A stretch of DNA of 64,000 nucleotides, from assembly GCA_000091205.1 (NCBI GenBank), contig AP006492.2, one strand, 5' to 3'. Made by a program: the position numbers and the translations under genes. Origin of the DNA: Cyanidioschyzon merolae. Its lineage: Eukaryota. Shown here in pieces: positions 46,141 to 56,854 of the stretch. Positions within the stretch are counted from its first letter, which is position 1, and each line of letters opens with the position of its first letter. The notes under the pieces were generated by a model. That model made no database searches. It saw only the letters and a program-made list of their open reading frames with translations, and had not been told where the DNA came from.

Positions 46141-46667
46141 GTCCCTGTGCTGGGAATCCGCGGTGCTGCACGACCGACTCCGATGCGGGATTGATCGGCG
46201 ACGCCGCCTGGCTGGCTGGCTGGCTGGCTGGCGCAGAGCGTCCGTTGGCTGCTGTGTCGACACGCTGGCAAGTCGACGACGACGGCGACGACGACAGCAG
46301 TCTGACGCCTGATGCCCAGATGCGTAGCAGGCGGTGTCCTCGGAGTGGGTGGCGTGTCCTGCAGGCGCGTGCGCCACAACGTTGTGCTGTACAGCGTACG
46401 GCAGCTGGACAGCCTGCGTGCCTCCAGCGCCTCCGCTGTGTCCCTGTGCCTGAACGAAGCGTTGGTGATACGCGAGCTGCTCTTGTCTGTATCCAGAAAT
46501 ACGGCGCTCGGTAAAGTCTCTCGCTGAAACCGTTTTACTGGCGTTCGCAGAACCGAGCTGGGGTATCGCAAACCAGGTTGTACACTCGGTTAAAGTTCAG
46601 GTTCCTGGGCTCAGTTCTGCGGCTGTTCTACGCTGCTCAGACGAATCGAGCGCTATTTTTGAGTAAA

Positions 46668-47447
46668 ATGGGTCACAAGTCGCAAGGTAACGGGAACCGG
46701 CAGATCGAGTCCGACGAGTATTCGCTGGCAACGAAGCGCGACTCGAGCGCCCTCGGGCACAAGTCTCGCACCGTCGCTGAACGCAGTTACACGCATAAAA
46801 TCCAACGAGAACGGCTCTTGTCTGGATTTCTGCTTGCCCAAGTTCTTTTCGGATGCTTTCTGATTGTGTGGTCTTGCTGGTATCTTACAAGCGGCAGCTC
46901 GTTTCCCGCAACTCGGTATTATTACTTGGATGCATCCAAGATCTACACGCTCAGCTACTTCGAACCGTTAACGCACCGACCTTTTTTGATAGCGGCCATC
47001 AATGGTGGATATCCGCTGGTGAATAACATCATCCGTCTAGTCACTGGATGCATGATTGTGCTGGCTGCACTGCTATGGATCGTTCTTTTTTATCACTTTC
47101 GGCACGGGCATGCTTTCTTCTGGCTGACTCAGTTGGGCATAACAGGTGCTGCAGCGGCTTCCGCCGGGCTCGATTTTCATTCCACAGTAGAAGCGTACCG
47201 AATCTGCAGTCGAAGCAGTGCACAGGCACGATGCGACGGCTCGCCTTCGAGTATCGGCTCATTCTCGCTCTCGGAAATGTATTGCGAATGTGGAACCCAG
47301 GGATACTATTGGGCGCTGTCTGCCGTTGATGCGATCGTTTTCTTCTCTGCATTGCTGTCGCTTGTGGCGGCCATATCGGCAATGGTAGCGCTTCGTAGAC
47401 GGGAGCGGGGGAACAGACCACCCACGCCCGCATCAGTTGGGTGGTAG
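46668..47447 (+). CDS. Hypothetical 4-TM membrane protein
   Basis: Open frame with four hydrophobic helices (LLAQVLFGCFLIVWSCWYL; LVTGCMIVLAALLWIVLFY; FFWLTQLGITGAAAASAGL; AVDAIVFFSALLSLVAAISAMVAL). ATG at 46668 (MGHKSQ...); the reported ORF starts at a TTG at 46578. Confidence 0.35.
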   Translation: MGHKSQGNGNRQIESDEYSLATKRDSSALGHKSRTVAERSYTHKIQRERLLSGFLLAQVLFGCFLIVWSCWYLTSGSSFPATRYYYLDASKIYTLSYFEPLTHRPFLIAAINGGYPLVNNIIRLVTGCMIVLAALLWIVLFYHFRHGHAFFWLTQLGITGAAAASAGLDFHSTVEAYRICSRSSAQARCDGSPSSIGSFSLSEMYCECGTQGYYWALSAVDAIVFFSALLSLVAAISAMVALRRRERGNRPPTPASVGW

Positions 47448-49122
47448 ATGGTGCTAGAGGTCGCGCTGATGCGTTCTTTTCACTGAAAGCGCTTGAAGTG
47501 CCTGAGCCTGCGCTGGTGTTTGCGTTGCTATAGCTCGTTACGGGTTGCTGCTCGGACATGCAACGCCCCGCCATAAGCGAGGAAGACTCTCAGCAAGGTC
47601 CCGGGTTGGAACTCGGACCTGTCCAGAAATGAGCGCCTCAGCGTCGCGGTGCTTTGACCGTGAGTGCGCTCCTAGCGCGTGCTGCTGCTGCTGCTGCATC
47701 TGGCCTCAACGCTCGAGCGTGCCAGCATTATGCGAGCACTTGCCCGATGACCCTGCCCAAGACGGACTTAGATTCTTCCGCGGGTAGCGCACTGGCCCAG
47801 CCCGTGGCTCTCGACTCTGGGGAGTGCCGGTGGTTTGCAGCGTATTGTAGCACCCGCACCGCGGCATGAAAATCGCCAAAGGCACCTCTGCGAGCTCCAT
47901 GCTTTTTGTAAAACGACAACGTGAACGATCTGCTTGCGATTCCATCTCTAAACGAATTCCGAACCGTCCTCTACTTTCCGACTGCTCGCAAGGCACTCTC
48001 GGAACGTCGCTGGCAAAAGTGTTTACAGCGCTTACACGAGGCGTGCCCTCTCTAGAGAACTCCGCGTGACAGTTGCGCCAAAGTTTGTCAGTGACTACAC
48101 CATATCCTTACCCATAACCAGGCACTTGCGTACTGCACAGTTCGCGTCCACACTTGTTCAGGGTAGCCTCGCTTCTCCCTCGGCCAAAATGACGAGTAGC
48201 AGACCGTGAGCGGACTCGTGCGAAGAGCGCTCCTTGGCCGACGCTCGGCAATGGTACGCAGCAGATGACGAACGTGCTGTGCAAATGTTTCGATATTTAT
48301 ACAATAATATACATAATCAATCCATTATGTACCATGATGCGCTTTTGCGCTGGCATGACGCACTCCGCTGTGCAGCGCATCAAGCAGCGCGCCTGTGCAA
48401 TGCGCTGGAAGCGTACGTTTGTCAAGAACCTCGAAGAACGCCTGCATTCGAGCATATGCGGCCGGCTGACCCCCAGCGCTGCGGCTGAACGTGTGCAGCT
48501 TGCATACATGCTAAGCGGCCTAGACAGCGACACAGTGCTCGACTTGGTGGCGTTTCTCGCTTGGCTGCTGTCGCGCAAGCTTTCTGGTATCCCCGCAAGG
48601 GTGTCGTCATGAACCGGGAATCGCAGTTTTCCTGCAGCCAGCGCAGTACGCCAGCCTCATCAACAGACCGACATTTTCAACCGTGTCAGATCTATGGAGT
48701 GTGTTGTGAAACACAGCAAATTGCCAAGGCAATGCATGCTCCTCAGCAAGACTCCTGAGGTCCGCTACCCTGCCCTGTATCTACCGGGACTGCAAGAAGC
48801 TGGCTCTGCCACGACGCATACTCCGCTGTGTACGATAAGGCCGACAACTGGAATCCATTTGATTCGCTGTTAAACTCGTGCCCAGGCCGCTTATTGCATG
48901 AGAATGCTCTGGCATCCGCCTCTATAACGCAAGCACCGCAGGTGCAGCGTTGCCGCCCCCCGTCGCAACGTCGCGCCTCCACGAGGTCGTGGCGTTCGTC
49001 GCGGCCAAAGCCGAGGCCGCTGCCCATGCGCTGCTTGCGCCGAACGCTCGTGAGAGTTGCGCTTTTCTGGCTGGGTAACTCGGACGTCTTATAACGAGTG
49101 ACTCGGTGTTGCCTCTGCGGTT

Positions 49123-52100
49123 ATGCCGCTCCTGCACCGCAGCGAGTTTCGTCCACAGCAACCTTCGTCAGATCTCTCTCCTGCTGACTTGGTTTTCTAT
49201 TATCCCGACACTGGTGAAGTCTTTCGTGAGTACGCTGACTACCTAGACCACTACTGGTTGTACGCGAGTCGCATCTGGTCATGTTCTACGACAGGAAAGG
49301 GCGGGCTCACCTTTCGAGAGGCGCTCTTGTCCGAGCGAGCTGCTGCTGAGCGTCTGGAGCAGCGATTTCGCTCGAGCCTCTATCTAGAGCCTCTGTGTCG
49401 CCTGGTTCACCACTTTGCCGGGCGTCTGGATGATCTCGTCGACGCCGTGGCGGAAATATTCCAAAAATCCTATGTTCCTGGTGAAACATACGTCGATGGG
49501 GGCGGAAAGCAGGCGTCCGTTCGACGAGTCTTCATCGCTCATGCGGACACCAGCGACCTTGAACCTGTACGGTACTCGCCGGAGCTCGCTCGAGCGGTGC
49601 TCGAGAAACGCTTTGAGTTTGCGCGTATACGTTACGAGCTTGAGGATGGACGTATCTTGCCAGCGCCCTTAGCGGTATTGAATCGGAAAGCACCGCCTGT
49701 ACCCAAAACGCTTTTGAAACAAAAGATACGAGAGATTTCCTCCAGGGATCCATGGCACGGCGCGCCTCTGGTGGTTCAGAATCCCGTGCTGGTACAGCAG
49801 TTCCAGCTGCCCGAGGCACTTCCGACGCCCGAGATGCAGCGCGCCAAAGCGGAGTACGAGGAGCGAAGAATGCGACTCGAAGAGCCTGCAGCGGAGTCAT
49901 CAGCGCAAGCAGCGGACGTTGAGAAACCACGCGAGGAGCCTGAACCGGGTGTAACCACCGAAGCCAACAAGAAGCGACCGGGAAAACAAACGGAGCCAGA
50001 GCTCGTAGACGATCTGCTGGTGGACCATTCTGCGGACCCGCCGCGCCCCGAACCTGAACAGGACTTTATTGTGGACCGAGTTTCCTTCGGTGATGTGCTG
50101 ATGATCTGGAATTTTTTGAACCAATTTGGGAAGCAAGTTCTTATGCTAAGCCCGTTCTCGCTGGATGATTTTGAAGGTGCGCTGGCGTATCCGCCTGGGC
50201 ACTCACCACTGATCGATGCTGTTTTTTACGCACTGCTACGGTTGCTGCTGTCTGTGAGCAGCGATCCTGCCTGCTCTCGAGATCTGCGAGACTTTGTGGC
50301 CTCTAGCAGCAAGAGTGGCACTCTGGGCCTACTTCGACGAACGCTGTCACCGGCGAGTTGGCCACAGGTTTTGGTGGAGATGGTTCGTAATATGAAATTA
50401 CCCCCAGAGACGCGTCGTCTCTTCACGGAACAACGGCAACGCATTGGCACTGAGCAGGTCGGCATAGCGTCTGATGGAGCGGGCCCGACATCAAAGGATG
50501 CGGAGGTGACGGAACAGGCGGTGGTAAGCACTGCACCCCACCGTTTGCCTGGTTCCGATGGTAGCATCGAGCCTCGAGACCTCGAGGACGACAACAGTTA
50601 CAACGAGAACGACGATGGAAACAATCACGATGCTGCAGATGATCAGATGCTCTTATGGAACGAACCGCGCTCTCCTCTTGTTTCCAATCGAGTCGTCGAA
50701 GTGGTGCTTACGATCATGCAGCACGGCTATGGGCAAGTGCCACTCTCGGGGCGGCTTGTTGTTTTGAGGGCGCTCTGTGAGGAGGCCATGGCCACGGAGC
50801 GCGTTCGACGTGTACTGGACGCGATCCTTGTCGAGCGGGCGGAAGTTGCGCGGAGTACACGACAGCAGCTCATGGAGAAGCGTCGCGTGATCAGAGAGCA
50901 GATTGGAGAAGCGGAAGAGGCGCTCTTCGCTTTCGAAGAGGCGCACGGTATCAGACGGGATAGAGGCGAACACCGAGCTGCTACGCAAAGCGATGCCCAA
51001 TGCGTGAGCGCTTCGATGGCAGAGCAGCAGGAAGAGCATTCGGAACGAAAGCCCCACAGTAATGGAAAGAAATCTCGTCCTCGTTCCATCGGAGACGCCT
51101 TGCGGACTGAGCGAGCTGCTTCTCTGCAAAGTGGTGAAGAAGGTAGCTATGCAGATGATGCATCACAAAGTGGAAGCGAACAAGACGACGATGATGGCGA
51201 CGATATGGATCTGGGAACGCACGAAGAATCCACCAGTGTCTACAACGATGATGACGATGGCAACGACCTCGAGCCGGGACAGCGGGGAAGCGAGTCTCAG
51301 ACTGGCGCTGTCCGCTCACACCCACAGCGTAACCGGAGCCGGTTATCGGGGTCGATTTCGACGACTTCGGTGTGGAACGGGTCGCTGGTTTGCGCGGCGG
51401 ATGATCGACCCGACTTGAGTAGTGGCGACGACGCGTCGCAGTACACCCCATCGACAGAGCGTGGAGCGTTGCAGCGCGTCGCCCAGCAGTCCCAAGCAAA
51501 ATTGGACGAAGACCGAAAGCGTCACACAGACGCCAACGGGTACCTCTCAACGCCCGATGTGAAACGCCTCGTCCGCCTATCTCGCCAAGAGGCTCTCGCA
51601 GCCGAACGAGAGAGACGAGCTCAAGAGCGTCGTCAATTCGAAATTGAACGAGAGCATGCCCGCCTCATTGCACGCAGACGAACTCTGCAGAAAGAATTGC
51701 GGCGAGAGCGGGAAACATATGGTGAACAGATGGCGGCCGCACTCTCGGAATACTCGGTGCGGACTACGCCCCTGGGTCTCGACCGCGACCTCAATCGCTA
51801 TTGGTTCTTCCACGGCGAAGGTCGTCTGTTTATTGAAAAACAGCCGAACGCTGATGAACCGCCAGTATGGTCGTACTACGCATCAAAATCACAAGTGGAT
51901 GCGTTTCTCTTGCATCTGAATACGCGAGGGCGTCGGGAGAGTGCTCTGCACCGCCGGATCCTGCGATCTTACAACTGGATTATCAGCGCAATGCGAAAAC
52001 GAAACCAGACCATGCCCACGAAACGATTATGGGCCAGCGAGCGCCCATCGCGTACGAGACAGGCACCAGAATCGCGTCTGGCGTGGTTTCGCTACGAAAA

Positions 52101-52134
52101 CAAGCTTGCAACGGAGACGCCGACGAGGACCTAG
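49123..52134 (+). CDS. ACF1/ITC1/BAZ-like chromatin-remodelling accessory protein (WAC + DDT + WHIM motifs; no PHD or bromodomain evident)
   Basis: N-terminal WAC domain (LVFYYPDTGEVFREYADYLDHY..WSCSTTGKGGLTFREALLSERAAAERL..RLVHHFAGRLDDLVD). DDT domain (FGDVLMIWNFLNQFGKQVLMLSPFSLDDFEGALAYPP..IDAVFYALLRLLL). WHIM/WSD-like motif (LGLDRDLNRYWFFHGEGRLFIEK). ATG at 49123; 1003 aa with acidic low-complexity linkers. Confidence 0.7.
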   Translation: MPLLHRSEFRPQQPSSDLSPADLVFYYPDTGEVFREYADYLDHYWLYASRIWSCSTTGKGGLTFREALLSERAAAERLEQRFRSSLYLEPLCRLVHHFAGRLDDLVDAVAEIFQKSYVPGETYVDGGGKQASVRRVFIAHADTSDLEPVRYSPELARAVLEKRFEFARIRYELEDGRILPAPLAVLNRKAPPVPKTLLKQKIREISSRDPWHGAPLVVQNPVLVQQFQLPEALPTPEMQRAKAEYEERRMRLEEPAAESSAQAADVEKPREEPEPGVTTEANKKRPGKQTEPELVDDLLVDHSADPPRPEPEQDFIVDRVSFGDVLMIWNFLNQFGKQVLMLSPFSLDDFEGALAYPPGHSPLIDAVFYALLRLLLSVSSDPACSRDLRDFVASSSKSGTLGLLRRTLSPASWPQVLVEMVRNMKLPPETRRLFTEQRQRIGTEQVGIASDGAGPTSKDAEVTEQAVVSTAPHRLPGSDGSIEPRDLEDDNSYNENDDGNNHDAADDQMLLWNEPRSPLVSNRVVEVVLTIMQHGYGQVPLSGRLVVLRALCEEAMATERVRRVLDAILVERAEVARSTRQQLMEKRRVIREQIGEAEEALFAFEEAHGIRRDRGEHRAATQSDAQCVSASMAEQQEEHSERKPHSNGKKSRPRSIGDALRTERAASLQSGEEGSYADDASQSGSEQDDDDGDDMDLGTHEESTSVYNDDDDGNDLEPGQRGSESQTGAVRSHPQRNRSRLSGSISTTSVWNGSLVCAADDRPDLSSGDDASQYTPSTERGALQRVAQQSQAKLDEDRKRHTDANGYLSTPDVKRLVRLSRQEALAAERERRAQERRQFEIEREHARLIARRRTLQKELRRERETYGEQMAAALSEYSVRTTPLGLDRDLNRYWFFHGEGRLFIEKQPNADEPPVWSYYASKSQVDAFLLHLNTRGRRESALHRRILRSYNWIISAMRKRNQTMPTKRLWASERPSRTRQAPESRLAWFRYENKLATETPTRT

Positions 52135-52559
52135 TTTTACATCGAAGCTGCGCCGCACCGCACCGGCATTCACGGTGCTTGTCCAAGGTACCAAGCAGTG
52201 GAGATACCGAAGTTGGTACACGTGCTCCTGAATCCAACTCGCCGGAAACCTACCAGAGTCTATGGCGTTTGCTTGCTTTCATAGAGCTTGCCCTTAGAGC
52301 AACTCGTTCTCTAAATCTATTTCAGCATGAAATGAAACGAGTCGTCTTGCTCGTGCGTACGTAGAATCGTTTGGACTGCTTTTCATTCGTATTGGGACAT
52401 GTTTAAGCAGGACGCTTGCTGAGACTGCTTCGTATCCTCTCTGGTATCTCCGGGGCTGGAGTACGCCGATTTCTCCTGTCCATCCAGCTTCTTTGTCGGC
52501 AGTCGAACGACGATGAGAGCAGCATCAAAGTTCTGTTTGCACAGCTTTCGGCGATTGCT

Positions 52560-53060
52560 GCGATGCATACTTCGCTTGCGATTTTGATCTTCTTTTGATA
52601 CGGTCACCGTGCGCTCTTCGCAGATGTAATATTAGTCTGTGGTTCGGTGTTCGAACATGTCAAGGAATCCACTGCCTCCGAGGGCCTCTAGGTAGTGCGT
52701 AAGCGTTTGCATCAGCGCCCAGTGCGCATTCTTGACCGGCACACAAGTCGCCTTTTGATGCCCTCTCTCCGTTGCGGCACCCGATGCCCGGCCCAGGGAT
52801 CACCGGCTTCTGCTGGGCGACTCCCTCGGCGAGTACTCCTGTCGTAGGATGCGGAAGCGCACACTGTTTCTTTCGATAAGAGATTTGGTGAACGCGATGT
52901 TGCCCATGATAAAACATGAATCGGAAGGGCAATCCAGGCTAGAGAATACGTCGAGGAATTTCCATGCGTCTACGCGAGCCTCGTGCAAAGTGACGAGGTA
53001 CTCTTCGCTGGAAGCGATCGCCCGGATAACTGGAGTCCGAAACCAAGACTCCTTTCCATG
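52560..53060 (-). repeat. Copy C of the roughly 440-bp dispersed repeat family
   Basis: The reverse complement aligns with copy A, for example tgttttatcatgggcaacatcgcgttcaccaaatctcttatcgaaagaaacagtgtgcg; gagggagtcgcccagcagaagccggtgatcc..cgggcatcgggtgccgcaacggagagagggcatc; ctgcgaagagcgcacggtgaccgtatcaaaagaagatca. Confidence 0.55.
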
Positions 53061-54259
53061 TAAACAGAAGAGACGGCAGCTTCTCGCAGCATATCCCGTG
53101 AGAGATGTGACGCTGCTGTGGAATCGCGTATCGGCGGTAGTCCCTAACATCACGATATGCCATTTAAGCAGAATCAATTGTTTTCGATACAACGTCAGTG
53201 AGCTTTCGGGGTGTGCTAGTGAAAAGTCGCCAAGCGACGACGTTGAAGATTCTTCGTCGTCGTTCATTTAGCGTCACGCGTGGCAGCGATCACGAGTTGC
53301 ACCGAAACAGCGAGATTAAAAACACGAAGCATGCGTGATTTGAGCCTGCTACACATGAGGAAAAGAAGAAGCGTGGAGGCTTTTGCGTCTGGACGGCATC
53401 ATGGTATCGGTTTGTTGATGAACGTTTCGTCGAGAGCGTCGCGGGTCATCGTCACTCCAGTAGCGTCATGAATTCCAGCGGGGACGCTTCGACGGAGCCG
53501 ACTCGAGGCGACGCGCCAGAATCCAGAAAACAACGTACGCATTCGTCAACGCCTACTCCTGTACTTTTTTGATCAAATCTGTATATCCATCACAACATTC
53601 TGTATGTAACCGAGCGGGAGCAGCCGTGCGAGCAGTTCGCCACTCCATTTGAATCCGAAACAGGTGTCGTGTGCTTCTATGTACGTTTGGAACGCGCATT
53701 TGTGAGGTTCTTGTGCAGAGCGCATGCGTTTCTGAGGTTTGCTCCATTCGCTCCCCAGGTGTCGGGGAGGTTCCATGCGCACCGCAGATTTGCATGCTGT
53801 CAAACGTTGGATGGAATGAAGAGTAACGTCGGCATGATTTCCGTAGGTCGTGTTTCCATACGCACTGGTCGTTCACGGCAACTGCAACTGCTAGCTTGAA
53901 AGCCTGGAGTGTAACCGAGCACACGCCTGCCCCGGTTTCGGAGCACTGCACTGCATTGCATTGCATTGCCGATTGGGGATGCGGCGCACAGCGACCCGAG
54001 CGCTTCCTCTGGTGCTCACAAGTGCGTTAGGCGTCGCTCATAGGACGGCTGTGCGTTGCGGGCCACATCGAGCGTTTCTTTTCAAAAGGTATACAGGAAA
54101 ATCGTGCCGTTTTAACGTGTCGTTGAAGCGTTAGGTTGTCAACCGCTGTATCTGCACTTTGGATTCCCTTTCATCGACTCGCGGGCAACACTGGTGGCAA
54201 CGCGCACAAGCGCCACGCTTCGGGGTCTGGATCGGCTTTCCTGTAGCTTGGACACTTTT

Positions 54260-54598
54260 ATGGCTTCGGGTTACTCTGTTCACGGCGGCGAAAGTCGCTG
54301 CTACAGCTTCTGGTTAGCATTCAAACGTTGCATGCTCGAGTCCTCGGATAAATCAGTGTGCTCGTCGTACCGTCAAGATTACGAGGAGTGTTTACATCAC
54401 CGCAAGGCTATCAAGCGGTTTAACGAGGTCGTTCGGGAGTACCAGCGTCGACAAGCTAACGGCGAAGAGCTTCCCCTGCCCGGGCAAATGCCGACTGCGC
54501 CGGTGGATGCCCATGAAACGGGCTCTGCAGGGAGTGCACCCAAAGGCTCCGATGGAAGCACTGCTCCTGAGATTCCGCCTGAGGTCATGACGCCCTAG
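54260..54598 (+). CDS. NADH dehydrogenase (ubiquinone) Fe-S protein 5-like twin-Cx9C protein (complex I 15-kDa subunit)
   Basis: Two Cx9C motifs in the characteristic context: RCYSFWLAFKRC and CSSYRQDYEECLHHRKAIKRF (compare plant NDUFS5 RCYDFWMDFSEC / C..REDYLECLHH). ATG at 54260; the ORF extends upstream to 54194. The C-terminus is low-complexity. Confidence 0.65.
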   Translation: MASGYSVHGGESRCYSFWLAFKRCMLESSDKSVCSSYRQDYEECLHHRKAIKRFNEVVREYQRRQANGEELPLPGQMPTAPVDAHETGSAGSAPKGSDGSTAPEIPPEVMTP

Positions 54599-56079
54599 CG
54601 CTGGCGGGCTAGTATGCACTCACATAGATGACAAAGGGCATCACGAGCAGGGCTGGGCGGCAAAGCGCCGGCGCTGCTGATACCATCTGCCGCTGTCGAG
54701 GGCGCAACAAGTGCGTTCTGGGCCTCGCGAGCGTGTTCTGCCGCCAGCGCTAAAGTTTTCTCAACACCTAGACCCTTGCGAACCAGTTCCGCGACTCGTT
54801 CTTTATCTCGCCTCTGCCAAGCGCGATGAAGCTCCAGTGCATCTACGTTCGCGGGACCCTCAGCGGCGAGCAACACAGGGGCGGTAATCGTACCCTGCAT
54901 CAGATCTTTGTTGGCTGGTTTCCCCATATTGCTACTTGAAATACTGTAATCCATCGCGTCGTCTACGAGCTGAAACGCCAATCCCAAATGATCTCCGTAG
55001 TGCGCAGCAGCGTGAACGATCTGAGGCTGGTTTCGACTCACGGGATTCAGGAGGGTCACCGCGCGACAGGAATTCGCAATGAGTGAAGCCGTTTTGTACC
55101 ATGTCTTGCGCATATATGCGTGGAATGTGGGCCAGTCGTCGGGGGTGTTAGGCGATCGTCCATTGCGGGCATGCTCGGGGCCCGGGTCGTTCAGTTGCAG
55201 GACTTCCCCCTGCACGAGATGCTCAATGACACGCGAGAGGAGCTCCACGACATCACAGTCCCGGAGCTGCGCGAGACAGACAGATGCTCGTGCAAGTAGA
55301 AAGTCTCCTGCCAAAACAGCCAATTGATTCCCGAACAATGCATTCACGGTGCTCGCGGATCGTCGCATATTCGACTCGTCAATCACGTCATCGTGCAACA
55401 GCGACGCCGTGTGGATCATCTCGGTAATCATCGCTAGTTGAAGCTGCGCGTGGCTTACAGTGCCCAGCGACTGGAGACATGTCGCTTGGGCCATGAGCAG
55501 TACAACAGCAGGCCGCAAACGTTTCCCGGGAAGTTCGAAAAAGTACTGCGCCGCGCGTTGCAGCACCGGGTGGTCTACGGCGACCGCCTGAAGCACCTCC
55601 GCGGCCAACCGCTGTAGGTGCTGCTCGACTAAACGAAACGGATCCATAGATGATGCAACTCCGGACACGCGGGTTTCGAGTAAAGAAGCGAGCGATGCAA
55701 GCGACCACGGTAGACCGTTGGCTTGCGTCGGCACCCGAGCTGCGTTCGCCCACCTACGCTGCCGGCTGTCGACGTTCTGAGACGCGGATCCAGAAATCGC
55801 CTCAGCTACGCGGTTCAGTGCTCGATGTTTTCGATTTTCTTCATCTTTTAGAAACGCAAGGCCACCGGCTGCGCTATCGGGGAGCGCACTTCCAGGCAAC
55901 TCTGTACCCGCAGGTGTCAGTGTCGACAAAAACGCCTGGTGCGTTTCAGCGTGCGTCGAACGCGTAGTGCATCCAGCTGGATGCCAAGCAGATACCGGTA
56001 AGCCACAAACCCTCAAGAGTCTACTTCTGTACAACGAGCGGTGGTGGTGCCCGAAGAAACGGCTCAGGCCGCACCACAT
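54595..56079 (-). CDS. Trans-polyprenyl diphosphate synthase (COQ1/solanesyl-decaprenyl diphosphate synthase type) with a long N-terminal extension
   Basis: Both Asp-rich motifs are present (first DDxxD motif: LLHDDVIDESNMRR; second: FQLVDDAMDY), plus GNQLAVLAGDFLLARA, GKPANKDLMQGTITAP and a KRLRP substrate-binding motif. The reported ORF opens at a GTG at 56124; the first ATG is at 56079 (MWCGLSRFF..., presequence-like). Confidence 0.85.
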   Translation of the reverse strand: MWCGLSRFFGHHHRSLYRSRLLRVCGLPVSAWHPAGCTTRSTHAETHQAFLSTLTPAGTELPGSALPDSAAGGLAFLKDEENRKHRALNRVAEAISGSASQNVDSRQRRWANAARVPTQANGLPWSLASLASLLETRVSGVASSMDPFRLVEQHLQRLAAEVLQAVAVDHPVLQRAAQYFFELPGKRLRPAVVLLMAQATCLQSLGTVSHAQLQLAMITEMIHTASLLHDDVIDESNMRRSASTVNALFGNQLAVLAGDFLLARASVCLAQLRDCDVVELLSRVIEHLVQGEVLQLNDPGPEHARNGRSPNTPDDWPTFHAYMRKTWYKTASLIANSCRAVTLLNPVSRNQPQIVHAAAHYGDHLGLAFQLVDDAMDYSISSSNMGKPANKDLMQGTITAPVLLAAEGPANVDALELHRAWQRRDKERVAELVRKGLGVEKTLALAAEHAREAQNALVAPSTAADGISSAGALPPSPARDALCHLCECILARQR

Positions 56080-56854
56080 ACAGTGGAGTTCTCCGCGGCT
56101 ACACACCGGTGCGGTGAAAAGCACGTCGTCGTTGCGACTGCGGGACAGGATCCCCGAGTCGTCGTTAACGATCCTCTGGGCAGGGCGGCAGCCGGCCGGC
56201 CGGCACTTGCGCTTCCGCCCTGTAGTGCGGGTGCGGGTGCGCGCTGCCTTCAGCGGCTACGCGGGATGACTCAGTGGATTTCAGCTTCGTTCGGCTCAAG
56301 AGGCGTAGGTATTTCGTTGGATTCTCTGATGGTGTTCCATAAATTTACGTGTTGCTGAGCGCCATGGAGATTGGGTTGCTATGCTCCCGTGTATAGGGCG
56401 CGTACGGGCAGAGGTGGCATGCGCCAGGCTTTCGCCGTGCTGATCGATGCGCGGGTACCCGTTTTCTTGATAGACAGAGGGCTTTCCAGTGCTGCATCAT
56501 GCATACGGTATGAGGTGGTGATCATTTTCATACCGTGTCATGCTCGATTACGTTGCTCCTTGCGATAGGCTTTCCGAACTACTCGCGCTGGTATCGTGAT
56601 GCCCGCCGCACGGTGCCATCGCATCACCTCGTGCGATGCTCGCGCGCTGCTTGCCAGGGACCTGATCAACTGGCGCAAGCTGCGTTCCCTGCGAGGCTGG
56701 CTGGTGCAACGCACGATGCTTCTTTTCTAACGGATGGTATGGAATGCGGGGACCGGTTCCTGAGAGGGAAACCAAAAACTGCGGCATGCATTCGAGTGCA
56801 TTGGGATGCGGCGCTCTGTCTAGGGTCTTCGCTGCACTTGTGTCAGATGGTAAT

